NCBI GenBank assembly: GCA_043821365.1
Contig: JBDRCX010000006.1
Coordinates: 288,001 to 352,000 of the forward strand
DNA length: 64,000 nucleotides
Direction of reading: 5' to 3'
Origin: Candidatus Micrarchaeota archaeon
Lineage (GTDB): Archaea; Micrarchaeota; Micrarchaeia; Anstonellales; Bilamarchaeaceae
A model generated the notes under the pieces. That model saw only the letters and a program-made list of their open reading frames with translations, did no database searches and was not told where the DNA came from. Within the stretch, counting starts at the first letter, position 1. The number at the start of each line of letters is the position of its first letter. Made by a program: the position numbers and the translations under genes. Below are positions 38,836-48,843 of this stretch, one piece after another.

Positions 38836-39141
38836 ATGCACGTGACTGTGAAAAGAGGACGAATCACTAGTATCTCCGGTACAATACAAACAAATGAAGG
38901 AGATGCTAGGTGTAAATTTTTTCCTACTACTAAAAGTTTATTCATATTTGGTGAATATGGGGGAAGACGTGCAACTCCTGATGAAATGCAGGCATTTAGA
39001 TTTGAATTTTTTGGTAGAAAATCAGAAGTTTTAGATGAATTAGATCGTCAGACTACTAAAGGAGAAGTAAGAACAGGAACAAGAGTAAAGGCATCTCGTC
39101 TTGTAAAAGCAACTCCCTTAGTTGAAAGTGTCTTCTGCTAG
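38836..39141 (+). CDS. Hypothetical protein
   Basis: 101-aa Arg-rich ORF. Confidence 0.5.
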   Translation: MHVTVKRGRITSISGTIQTNEGDARCKFFPTTKSLFIFGEYGGRRATPDEMQAFRFEFFGRKSEVLDELDRQTTKGEVRTGTRVKASRLVKATPLVESVFC

Positions 39142-39187
39142 TTTTTTATTATCTAACAAACACGAATCCCTCAGATTTTAAGTTGTC

Positions 39188-39289
39188 TTTGAAGCCGCAG
39201 CTTCAAAACAGTCAAAATTTCTGAAAGAAATTTTAACTTGTACTTGAACGGTAATCCGTTCAAGATTCGCGAAAATTCTTCGAATTTTC
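39188..39289. repeat. Cluster of four perfect hairpins upstream of tRNA-Leu
   Basis: tttgaagc-cgca-gcttcaaa; aaaatttct-gaa-agaaatttt; cttgaacgg-taat-ccgttcaag; gaaaattc-ttc-gaattttc. Confidence 0.8.
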
Positions 39290-39294
39290 ACGAT

Positions 39295-39430
<136 letters not shown>

Positions 39431-39470
39431 TATCCAAACAAATAAATGAACTTTTGTTGTCAACTTCCAT

Positions 39471-39917
39471 ATGGAAAAATATATCGAAAAAATTCTTTTT
39501 GAAAATATTGTAAAAAACATTTTTCTAATCATATTTTTAGTTTTATTATTTGGTCCCATCAATGATTATCTGATATATAATACACAACTCAGTACTGATG
39601 CTCCATTAGCAGGGGATACTCTTGTTGCAATATCAATACTTGCAGTTGTTGCATGCTTTGGGAATTTTGCATTTACCTATGAAAAAATACATTTCAAAAG
39701 TTTTTTTGAAAGAATGCTTGGTCATGCAATTACTGGAATTGTAATGTTAATAATTGGAATTTCACTTATTTTCACATCAACACTTCTCTATTTTCTAATT
39801 GGAGATTTTATAGTAGTAAATTTCCTGCTCCTTCTACTATATGTTTCAATGGTTATCTATGACTTTTGGGATTTGTTAAAGGCAATAAGGCTTGTTAGAG
39901 AGGATAAACGATCTTAA
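39471..39917 (+). CDS. 4-TM membrane protein
   Basis: Four hydrophobic helices. Confidence 0.7.
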   Translation: MEKYIEKILFENIVKNIFLIIFLVLLFGPINDYLIYNTQLSTDAPLAGDTLVAISILAVVACFGNFAFTYEKIHFKSFFERMLGHAITGIVMLIIGISLIFTSTLLYFLIGDFIVVNFLLLLLYVSMVIYDFWDLLKAIRLVREDKRS

Positions 39918-39939
39918 AATAAGCTGATTATATTATTTC

Positions 39940-41052
39940 ATGGCTTTTAGATTCCAAGACCCACAACAAATTTCTACTTTCCTAAGCACTGATAGGTCTG
40001 GTGTACAATTCACTCCAGAATATTCTCATAGTCATTTTTTCTTTGCAGTTTCTAATAGTTCATACAGAGTCAAAGCAGCTGATCTAATGAGAGAACAGGC
40101 AGCTATTATGCAAGAGATATTTCGCACATCAGGAAAAACAAAATGCACTGTTTTCTACACAAGGGAGTTTAATCCATCAAATTTAATGGATCAATTTTTC
40201 TCTCTTAATCCAGAACTAAAGAAAATGTATGCAAGAGGAAGACTGGAATTCCAACTTATTCCCCATAAGATGAAGATCTGGGCCCAGGACTTTGGTCAGG
40301 GCGCACTAAGAAAAGATGGCAGTTATGAGTTTATGACTGGTATTGAAGTGGATCCAAAAGTCCAAAACATCTCTAGAGCAAATATCAATTCTTTTTATGA
40401 AAAAATCCCAGTAACTCAAATTCCATTAGCTTTTGAAGGTGGAGATGTCGCCACAACTATGCTTGACGGCAAAAAAACAGTGGTGATAGGACCGCAAACT
40501 GCAAATACCACAAGAATTTATTATGAAAGATTAGGGTATAAAATTTCAGACAATGAAATAAAAAAAATTCTGCAACATGCTTTCAATGCTGATAAAATTA
40601 TTCTGCTTGGTTGCGATAATAACACTTACCTAACAATACCCTATATATTCCATCTTGACCAGGCAATTTTCTTTCCAAAAGCAGATGTAGCAGTAATAAT
40701 AGATCCTGATTCTATAACTGATAAAAGAATGCATGATGGGTTAGTTGAATATTCAAGACAATTAGAGGAAGCTGGATTTAAAGTTATAAAAATTCCAAGT
40801 ACTGTTGACCACATCAAAAAATATCAGGCGTATGTCAATTCTATTGCATTGACATCTGATACTGTCAAAATACTAATGCCAAGCTTTGGCGATTCTTTAC
40901 TTGAACAAAAAATCAAGGAAATTCTTGAGTTGAATGGTTTTCAGGTTGTTTTTATTGCAAATACCACCTACCCTGGTCAGGGAAATATACACTGTATAAC
41001 TGGTGGTTTTGCTAGATTAGTTGATGCAATGACCCCTAAAAAAATCGTTTAA
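39940..41052 (+). CDS. Pentein-superfamily deiminase (agmatine or peptidylarginine deiminase-like)
   Basis: WAQD, EGGD, FHLD and GNIHCIT catalytic Asp/His/Asp/Cys pattern. Confidence 0.75.
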   Translation: MAFRFQDPQQISTFLSTDRSGVQFTPEYSHSHFFFAVSNSSYRVKAADLMREQAAIMQEIFRTSGKTKCTVFYTREFNPSNLMDQFFSLNPELKKMYARGRLEFQLIPHKMKIWAQDFGQGALRKDGSYEFMTGIEVDPKVQNISRANINSFYEKIPVTQIPLAFEGGDVATTMLDGKKTVVIGPQTANTTRIYYERLGYKISDNEIKKILQHAFNADKIILLGCDNNTYLTIPYIFHLDQAIFFPKADVAVIIDPDSITDKRMHDGLVEYSRQLEEAGFKVIKIPSTVDHIKKYQAYVNSIALTSDTVKILMPSFGDSLLEQKIKEILELNGFQVVFIANTTYPGQGNIHCITGGFARLVDAMTPKKIV

Positions 41053-41393
41053 CCCATTGCAGCAACTGCCAATTTTCTATCTTTATTTGTTGGCCATTTA
41101 TATTCCCACCAAGTCCACAATGCACCTGATGCAACTGCTTCATCATTTGAAAAAAGTAGTTCAACTGCTTTTTTGTATTTTTTTCCATCCAGAAAAACTT
41201 TTGTGAGTTCAGAAGAAGCAGCATATCTTTGTTTGGGATCATTGCTTTTGAGCATTTCTTGCCTGCTTGATAGTTGTCCTATTTGGCTGCCATTAACATG
41301 ACTAATCATTGGTTTGATATCTTTAAAAGTGCCACATGCAGTTATTGCTACAAAACCCAAAGCAGCCATTCTTAATTTTTGCATACACTTCAT
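41049..41393 (-). CDS. Putative lipoprotein
   Basis: Lipobox-like AITAC followed by a helical region. Confidence 0.5.
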   Translation of the reverse strand: MKCMQKLRMAALGFVAITACGTFKDIKPMISHVNGSQIGQLSSRQEMLKSNDPKQRYAASSELTKVFLDGKKYKKAVELLFSNDEAVASGALWTWWEYKWPTNKDRKLAVAAMG

Positions 41394-41428
41394 CTATTAT
41401 ATATTATACTTTAATTTGGTTTACTCTT

Positions 41429-42997
41429 TTAAACAAAATCAAATTTATCAACATCAAAAACTCCCTTATCTGAAATTTTCAAATGCGGCAAAACTAACAA
41501 TCCCATAAATGAAAGTGTCATGAATGGCGAATGCATTTTACAACCTAATTTTTTCACTATTTTTGTAAGTTTTTCGTATTTTTCTGCAACTTTCTCTCCG
41601 TTTTCATCTGTCATCAATCCTGCAAAAGGTAATCTTAGTACATACTTTTGTTTGCCATCATAAACAACAAGTCCGCCTTTTGCCATTATAATCTCATTTG
41701 CAACTTTGCAAATTGATTCATCATCAGTACCAACAATCCCTATGTTATGCGAATCATGCATTACACTTGAACCAAAAGCACCTTTTTTCATCCCAAATTT
41801 TTTTACAAAACCAATCGCTGGTTTTGTTTTTTTATAGCGATTTATTATGACTATTTTTAGAATGTCTTTTTTCAAGTTTATTCTATTTGTTTCCCTTAGT
41901 TTGTTAGTGATCAAACTCCCATCTATGGCTTCAATTACTGGAAGCTGTTTTGCAATTTTTAAATCATTGATTGTAATTTTCTTTGCTGAAAATTTGTTTA
42001 TTTTATTCTCTTTTATTCTTTTCATTTTTACTTTCCCATGTTTGTAAATTTGTTTTCCATTGATCCATGTTTCCTTTACATTAAAATTTTTCAAATTATT
42101 AACAATAATAAAATCAGAATTATCGTCTTCTCTCAAAAGTCCACAGTCCAAACCATAATGTTCAACTGGATTTTTTGTTGCACTTTTTATTGCTGTTATC
42201 GGGTCAATCCCAAGTTTAACGCATTTTTCAAGAATTTTATTTATATGGCCTTTAAATAAATCATCTGGGTGGCTATCGTCTGTACACAACATACATTTTC
42301 CAGTTTTAAGAATTGGATAAATCTCATCTAAGTTCTTTGCTGCTGATCCTTCTCGTACAATAATTTTCATCCCTTTTTTCATTTTCTCTTTTGCTTCATT
42401 TAACATATAGCATTCATGATCCGTTTCTATGCCTGCAGAAATATATCTGTCCAAATCCGTTCCAACTAATCCTGGTGCATGCCCATCAATTCTTTTTGAA
42501 TATTTTTTAGCAATTTTTATTTTTTCCATAATTTCTGGATCGCGATTGATTACACCCGGGTAATTCATTACCTCAGCAAGGAATTTTATTTCATTCTTTT
42601 TCAATAATTTTTCTATTTCTTTTTTTCCAAGTTTTGCTCCGTTAGTTTCAAAACCAGTTGCTGGGACACAAGAAGATGCACCGAAATAGAATTTCAACGG
42701 AACTTTTTTTGCATTTTTTATCATGAAATTAATCCCATTGATTCCACAAACATTTGCTATTTCATGTGGGTCTGCAACAACTGCAACTGTGCCTTGTTTG
42801 ATTGCTAATCTTGCAAACTCGCTTGGAATCAACATCGAACTTTCAGTATGCACATGCGCATTGACTAACCCCGGGAGGATATACCTTTTTGGAGCCTTTC
42901 CAATTCTTTTTATTTTTCTTATTTTTTTATCAAAAGTGATCTCAACAGAATAAATTTTTTCCTGGAAAACATCAACCATATGTCCAATTATCTTCAT
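41429..42997 (-). CDS. ade: Adenine deaminase
   Basis: HVHTESSM, DPHEIANV, DGHAP, REGSAAKN, CTDD, HDSHN. Confidence 0.93.
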   Translation of the reverse strand: MKIIGHMVDVFQEKIYSVEITFDKKIRKIKRIGKAPKRYILPGLVNAHVHTESSMLIPSEFARLAIKQGTVAVVADPHEIANVCGINGINFMIKNAKKVPLKFYFGASSCVPATGFETNGAKLGKKEIEKLLKKNEIKFLAEVMNYPGVINRDPEIMEKIKIAKKYSKRIDGHAPGLVGTDLDRYISAGIETDHECYMLNEAKEKMKKGMKIIVREGSAAKNLDEIYPILKTGKCMLCTDDSHPDDLFKGHINKILEKCVKLGIDPITAIKSATKNPVEHYGLDCGLLREDDNSDFIIVNNLKNFNVKETWINGKQIYKHGKVKMKRIKENKINKFSAKKITINDLKIAKQLPVIEAIDGSLITNKLRETNRINLKKDILKIVIINRYKKTKPAIGFVKKFGMKKGAFGSSVMHDSHNIGIVGTDDESICKVANEIIMAKGGLVVYDGKQKYVLRLPFAGLMTDENGEKVAEKYEKLTKIVKKLGCKMHSPFMTLSFMGLLVLPHLKISDKGVFDVDKFDFV

Positions 42998-43145
42998 GTC
43001 TGTCTATCATTTACTATGTTTAAATTTTTTTGTTAAATTTTAGTCAGTATAGCATTATTACTGGGATCAAGCCCCCTGAACTAAATAAATCTGATTTATA
43101 AACATATTGTTTCAAATAGTATAAAGTAGTGTGGGAGGATTAGTT

Positions 43146-46100
43146 ATGGGTGGGCCAAGATTAACTAGATCAGAAGACAAACATTTATATTCTCATTCTG
43201 AGAGGTGTAGACCAGGCCATGGAAGCAATGTTTTCAGGCGTTATTTTGGTATTGGATTAACATCCTTATTGTTATTTGGAGGTATTAATATGGCTACTAC
43301 TGTTAGACCGGCTGCGGCTCAGGAACATAAAGAGGATCAACGTATAACTCAAGCTAAAGAACAATTGGCAGGAGCAATTTCTGCAATTGGCAGTTCTTTT
43401 TCTCAATCTAGAGATTTTGGCATTCCAAATCCATCAGTAAATGCTTCAAGTAGATTAGTTAGTGGTGAAGAAGGTTTAGTTACTCTTCTTGCTCAACATA
43501 ATGGAAGATTAAGACAAATGACTGGTGGGGTAGATGTTTTCCCAGTTACTGGTTCTACCTCTGAAGAACAATTTGTGTCATTAAATGCTTGGCTTGGAAA
43601 AGAGCACAAAGCATGTCCTGATTGTACTGTTTCACCTGCTATGGAAGGACGAACAGCAACAAGTCCTATTGATCAGGCAACACTTGATGTTATTAATACA
43701 AGAATTCAAAGCGCACTGACTACTCCAGGTGCATTTTCTGCTGCAGCTGCTGTAGCTGCTGTAACTACAGTTCATAGACCAGCAGGAGAAGAAACCCGTA
43801 CAGAAAGATTACCTGCAGACATTGTACCAAAACCAATTATTAGTGATGCGTTATATACTGGAGTTGTTTCAGAGCTTGATTTGATTATTGAAAATCCAGA
43901 ATCAACTCCAGTGGGACATGAAGCTTTACGCCACAGAGAAAAACTTGCAACACTTAAAGCTGGTGGCGAAGCAAAACAAGATGATTTACGTGTTGCTTAC
44001 AGGGCAGCCAAAGTTTTTTCAGTTGCGCATATTGATGCATCAACACGACTTAGGGATGATGCATTGGCTGCAGAAAGAGAAGCCGCAAGACTAGAAGCAG
44101 AGAGAGCAAGAGTTCCACCTGCAGAAAGAGAAGCACAAGCGTATCATCATTCTATGGTTACAAAGGCACTAGAAATAGCATCACAATCAACTGCTATCTT
44201 GGGTTCTTATAAGCCAACTGAACCAGGTGTCCGTGCTGCTTATGATAAAATGACTGAAAGACTTAATGCGCTTTCACAACAATGTACTTCTTTACAAGGA
44301 AAACCAAAAGTAACATTTGAAGAAGCAAATGAAGTTTATACTCAAACATTGTTGGCTGCGGATGCAGTTGCAACAATGGATATTTTGATGAAATATGCAA
44401 GTGTAAATGGATTGGCGGGTCTTTCTGGCCGTCCAGCTACTGAATTCTGGAAATCCTATACTGGTCTTGTAAGTTTAATTGGAAAAGAAGGCACAACCGA
44501 ATCACAATATGATGATGCTGTTGCTGGTCTGTATTCTGAGGTTTCAGGTAAATTAACAACAACTATTTCTTCTGACATTCGAAGTTCTGTAGAAGCAATT
44601 GCTCGTCTTCGTATAAGAAAAGCAGGGTTCTATTTTGAGCGTGCCAGAGTTACAATGACAGCAGGAGAAACACTATCATTGGAATCTACTCAACTTATGT
44701 TGGATCAAGCAATGCGCGCAGTTGAAGATTCCGGAGCTACTGTTCCAAATGAAATGTTGGAATTATCAAAACAATGGCGTGCATCATCTACTGATCCAGT
44801 GCTTTTGTACTCACTTGCACATAGTTTAATTTCAATTCGTGAAGCAGAATTATGGACATCTGATAAAACAGCATCTATGCGTCCATCTACAACTGATCCA
44901 GCCACTCTTCAAGCTGCAAGAACAAGAGTTGAACTTGCAAAACAAGCATTTATGTGGAACTTTAGCAAACCACAATTAGATCCAACTTATTATCTAAACA
45001 TGTCAACTGCATTGGCAGATGATGCAATCCACATGGTTGTTCCTGCACTAAGATTTACTGAAGGTTCTGCAGGAGTTAAATCTGGTTTTGAATATAATAA
45101 TACTGGTCCAGGAATGCCAAATCAATTTGATTCTGCAATGTTAGTTGAAAGAAGCCATCTTGTGGTATTAGCTGCAGTTAGAGATCTTGATCTAAGAAGT
45201 GCAATACAACTTCATTCAGCAAAACAAGATACACGTGGTGACTATGCTCTGCCAGGTTTATTCTCAAGATTAACAACAGCAGAACGATTAGCAACAGGGT
45301 TGCCAACATTTGATCAATCAAAAGGCAGAGTTTATCTTCTTGGTGCTGATCCAGACTTGAATATGAGTGGTGCTGTTTTACATGATGCACCTGGGTTTGA
45401 TAGATATGGTTTAGGTTATTCAGTTGCAAGAAGGGAAGCAGTTCTCACTGCCAATGCAAGTTCACCATATCTACTGAGGAGTTCTGGGTTTTTAAGTGAA
45501 CTTAATATCACAACTGGTCAATTTGTTAGTGGCCAGATAACAGGACAACAATTACTCACAACTGTAGCTGATAAAAGAATTGCAGAATTAGAAGCAAGGC
45601 TTGGCACAGTTCTTGAAAGAAATATAACCATCGCAGAACTTCCTAATCGTAATCCAGGTGAGGAAAGAGTTTACTATGTTACTAGAGCTAAAGAAGCACT
45701 TGAACAGGCCAGAACATTAAGAGGCCAGACTGATCTAGTATCATTACAAAGATCAATTGAAGTTGCTGAACTTGGACTTGAAGGTCTTTCAACTGCTCAC
45801 CTCACAGGGTTAGTTCCAGAACAGTCATTGGAATTTCCATGCGAAGTTACAGCTCTTGATACAAGGAGACTGGGTCCTGCTATCTATATGATTGCACATG
45901 CAGATGTTTCTGTAAACGTAGATGGTTCAGTCCAATCATTGGCTGAATATGAAAGAGTTGAAGGAAAACAAAGACTCCTTTACAGCTGGCAATTTTATAC
46001 AAACCCTGGTTTTGATAGTAACTATTACCTCGTTAATCCAAAATATGGAGCTGAACGTGAACCTGAATTCATTGGTAGGGTTGTTCGTGGAATGGAATTT

Positions 46101-46400
46101 AGTGATGGGACAACAGGTGATGCTGTTGTTGCTATAAGACAAATTGAGAATCGTTGGGTTGATGTAACTGCAGCAGATGGAACAACCCTAGTTATGTACA
46201 GATTACAAAAAACTCCTGAACCTTCACCAGGAACAATAGCTGCTGAAAGTTTCAGAGCTGTTGATGAGGGAGAAGGCAGCATCATGGATGTTTTAGATGC
46301 GGTTTCAGTTAAAACTGCAATTCCAGATGGAGTTGTTAGATTCAAAGGATTTGAAAGTTCTAAGACCAATGCAGGTCTTGTGATTACAAAAATTAAATAA
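43146..46400 (+). CDS. Giant secreted protein with a Tat-like signal peptide
   Basis: GGAGGA SD before ATG 43146; VFRRYFG followed by a hydrophobic core and PAAA-QE; mostly helical, with a beta-rich C-terminus. Confidence 0.75.
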   Translation: MGGPRLTRSEDKHLYSHSERCRPGHGSNVFRRYFGIGLTSLLLFGGINMATTVRPAAAQEHKEDQRITQAKEQLAGAISAIGSSFSQSRDFGIPNPSVNASSRLVSGEEGLVTLLAQHNGRLRQMTGGVDVFPVTGSTSEEQFVSLNAWLGKEHKACPDCTVSPAMEGRTATSPIDQATLDVINTRIQSALTTPGAFSAAAAVAAVTTVHRPAGEETRTERLPADIVPKPIISDALYTGVVSELDLIIENPESTPVGHEALRHREKLATLKAGGEAKQDDLRVAYRAAKVFSVAHIDASTRLRDDALAAEREAARLEAERARVPPAEREAQAYHHSMVTKALEIASQSTAILGSYKPTEPGVRAAYDKMTERLNALSQQCTSLQGKPKVTFEEANEVYTQTLLAADAVATMDILMKYASVNGLAGLSGRPATEFWKSYTGLVSLIGKEGTTESQYDDAVAGLYSEVSGKLTTTISSDIRSSVEAIARLRIRKAGFYFERARVTMTAGETLSLESTQLMLDQAMRAVEDSGATVPNEMLELSKQWRASSTDPVLLYSLAHSLISIREAELWTSDKTASMRPSTTDPATLQAARTRVELAKQAFMWNFSKPQLDPTYYLNMSTALADDAIHMVVPALRFTEGSAGVKSGFEYNNTGPGMPNQFDSAMLVERSHLVVLAAVRDLDLRSAIQLHSAKQDTRGDYALPGLFSRLTTAERLATGLPTFDQSKGRVYLLGADPDLNMSGAVLHDAPGFDRYGLGYSVARREAVLTANASSPYLLRSSGFLSELNITTGQFVSGQITGQQLLTTVADKRIAELEARLGTVLERNITIAELPNRNPGEERVYYVTRAKEALEQARTLRGQTDLVSLQRSIEVAELGLEGLSTAHLTGLVPEQSLEFPCEVTALDTRRLGPAIYMIAHADVSVNVDGSVQSLAEYERVEGKQRLLYSWQFYTNPGFDSNYYLVNPKYGAEREPEFIGRVVRGMEFSDGTTGDAVVAIRQIENRWVDVTAADGTTLVMYRLQKTPEPSPGTIAAESFRAVDEGEGSIMDVLDAVSVKTAIPDGVVRFKGFESSKTNAGLVITKIK

Positions 46401-46410
46401 GGGTGGAAAA

Positions 46411-46596
46411 ATGAGATGTACAAGAGAATCGGAGGGAAGGAAACCTGAATCTGTTAGTCAACGAAATCCAGCAATTAAATTTGCAGCTGCAGCAGCACGC
46501 GGATTGGTTTTAACAACTGGATTCGGTTTAACTCTTGTTGCGTCACCGGGACAATTTATTAATTCTGGCGTCCCAATACCATTAGCATTCACGTGA
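46411..46596 (+). CDS. 61-aa small protein with a hydrophobic segment
   Basis: Fills the gap between two large genes; GGGTGG SD-like motif upstream. Confidence 0.45.
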   Translation: MRCTRESEGRKPESVSQRNPAIKFAAAAARGLVLTTGFGLTLVASPGQFINSGVPIPLAFT

Positions 46597-46607
46597 GGTG
46601 ACTAAAT

Positions 46608-48842
46608 ATGGCACAAACGCAACAAGATAGGGGTATGGTTAGTGGAAACAGTGATTTTAGCGCTATAACTAGCCAGTGGAAACATTCTACTTCAAGGAGT
46701 GAAGATCCTGGAATTGTATTAAATGGTGGGTCAATTTTTGCACGAGCAGCAAACTTTGTAGTTATACATGACATGATTAAATTTTTAGAAGGCCCAAGGC
46801 CAAAAGAAGGAACCCCTGAAAGGGCAACCTATGATGAAGCAATTCAAGGAATAGGTGGTGGGGAAAAAGAAACAACAATTTGGATGTTGAAGAAAATGCA
46901 CGGTGTCATCCTAATTGATCTTTCTAGAGCTGTTCATTCAAGACAGGATCTTGCAGATGAAAATCTTGCCGAATCAACCGAAAGAGTTTTGTTAGATCTT
47001 TCTAAAGGAGTTGGTACTCTTGATCAAAATTATGCTGAATATCTTCAAACTGATGTTTATCAATCAATAGCTAGATTATATGAGAGTTTAAGTAGAACAT
47101 CAAGTGCTGAAGATGCGCCATTAGCTAGACGATCACTTGGTGTTGCAGAATCTCCAGTTTATAGAAGATACCCAGATACAGATCAAAGAAGAGTTGTGTT
47201 CGAAAGAGTTTCTGAACAACAACCTGGATTTTATGGGAATGCTAGTTTATCTGATTCACTTGTTTCTGCCTTTGGTGGTAATCAGGATCAAGCAAACCAA
47301 TTTTTAGAATCTGTTCTCAAAGGCTACAAAGCAATTGCACTGGGTGAAAGCACTTCTCAAGCAGTTAGTGGTCTTCAAACAGCATTAGCCAATCTAAAAG
47401 CATCTGGTTCAAGGATTGCAGATGATCCTGCATTTAAAGCAGCTGAACAAGCACTTTCAAACGGAGATCTGAAAGGAGCGTTACAGAGTCTTTATGATAT
47501 TCGTCCACTTCAAGGTTTGTGGCAGAACTTAGACAAGTTTACTGTCGTTACGATGGACAATCTTGCTTTTACATATCTTGATGTTAGGGGTATGGTTGAA
47601 ATAAAAATCAGAGGAAAAGAAGGAGGCCCTACTCCTGAAGAATTATTTGAGAGGGCAAGAGCACAACTAAACCCAACAAGCACTGAATTTTTTGGTTTCA
47701 CGAAAATACGTTTTGGTGCCCATTACAAACTAAATCAATACTATGGAAGAGCTGATACTTATGAACTAAATCCATCAACTGCAGAGTTGACTAGGGTTTC
47801 ATCCGATCCTTTGAGTGGTCTTGGGCATGTTATAACTGCTCCATTTGAAGCCTACATGTCAGGTATAGTGAAAGGTATGCCATATCATATTGTACTTTAT
47901 ACAGAGCCAGGAGTTGAAACATGGAAACTTGATGAAGCAAGTATCAGAACAATTGATTCTTCGGGACAAACAGCCATCCAAAAAATAAAACTCGATGATA
48001 CTAATTTCCATTTAGGTCCAACTGGTCTTGAATTCCAAATGCCGGGTACTGGCGAAAGAAGGCTATTCAGCGTTCAAAGTGTTGGTCTTGAATTCACTGG
48101 TTCAAGTGCAAGATCTCATTTTGTTGATCAAGTGATTTTGTATACTAGACTCGAAGGTACTGCATATGAATCAGGGGGGTTTGCTATTATGGGAAGAGCC
48201 AGAGTTAGTGCGGCACTGAATGTAGGAAGTACAATTGAAGAAAAGCCATCTGGAGCATTTACAATAAGAGGAGAGCCAGTTAACTTCGTCATTAGTAATA
48301 ACGACGGTACTTTCCTTGTTGGTCCAGTTGCTGATGCAACCTACGAAATTACTGGAAGTGAAGCATATAGACACATGGTCCATTGGGGTGCAGGTGCACA
48401 CTTTGCATGGGTTGAGCCAAAATATGGAGTTCAACTAGGTGCAGGATTTGGTTATGGTAGAGTTGGCGAATTGGGTCCATCTCCACATGGTGGATTTACT
48501 GGTTCATTGAATGTTACTGTGCCATTTGGTGGAGGTAGAACTGCTCCAGCCAAAGCAGTAGAAGCACGAGATATCCCAGCAATCTATGGAACTGCAGTTG
48601 AATTTGCAGCACAACCAGAAGCATTGGTTAATGGCCCAGCTGGCCAAGCTCTTGCGCAACAAACAGCAGCAATGATCGATAGAAATCTTGCTGATTCAAG
48701 TGATGCAGAGCGTATACGTACTGATGTTGACTACAAGGCTGCAATAATTGCATTAAGAGAAGGTGATCTTGAGTCAGGAGTAACTTTGTTAAGAAAAGTT
48801 GCTGAAAAATACCCGACTGTTTTCACCAAAGCAGGTGAATGA
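46608..48842 (+). CDS. Hypothetical protein, C-terminal half a candidate transmembrane beta-barrel
   Basis: GAGGTGA SD; repeated alternating Gly/aromatic strands in residues about 365-645. Confidence 0.7.
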   Translation: MAQTQQDRGMVSGNSDFSAITSQWKHSTSRSEDPGIVLNGGSIFARAANFVVIHDMIKFLEGPRPKEGTPERATYDEAIQGIGGGEKETTIWMLKKMHGVILIDLSRAVHSRQDLADENLAESTERVLLDLSKGVGTLDQNYAEYLQTDVYQSIARLYESLSRTSSAEDAPLARRSLGVAESPVYRRYPDTDQRRVVFERVSEQQPGFYGNASLSDSLVSAFGGNQDQANQFLESVLKGYKAIALGESTSQAVSGLQTALANLKASGSRIADDPAFKAAEQALSNGDLKGALQSLYDIRPLQGLWQNLDKFTVVTMDNLAFTYLDVRGMVEIKIRGKEGGPTPEELFERARAQLNPTSTEFFGFTKIRFGAHYKLNQYYGRADTYELNPSTAELTRVSSDPLSGLGHVITAPFEAYMSGIVKGMPYHIVLYTEPGVETWKLDEASIRTIDSSGQTAIQKIKLDDTNFHLGPTGLEFQMPGTGERRLFSVQSVGLEFTGSSARSHFVDQVILYTRLEGTAYESGGFAIMGRARVSAALNVGSTIEEKPSGAFTIRGEPVNFVISNNDGTFLVGPVADATYEITGSEAYRHMVHWGAGAHFAWVEPKYGVQLGAGFGYGRVGELGPSPHGGFTGSLNVTVPFGGGRTAPAKAVEARDIPAIYGTAVEFAAQPEALVNGPAGQALAQQTAAMIDRNLADSSDAERIRTDVDYKAAIIALREGDLESGVTLLRKVAEKYPTVFTKAGE

Positions 48843-48843
48843 T

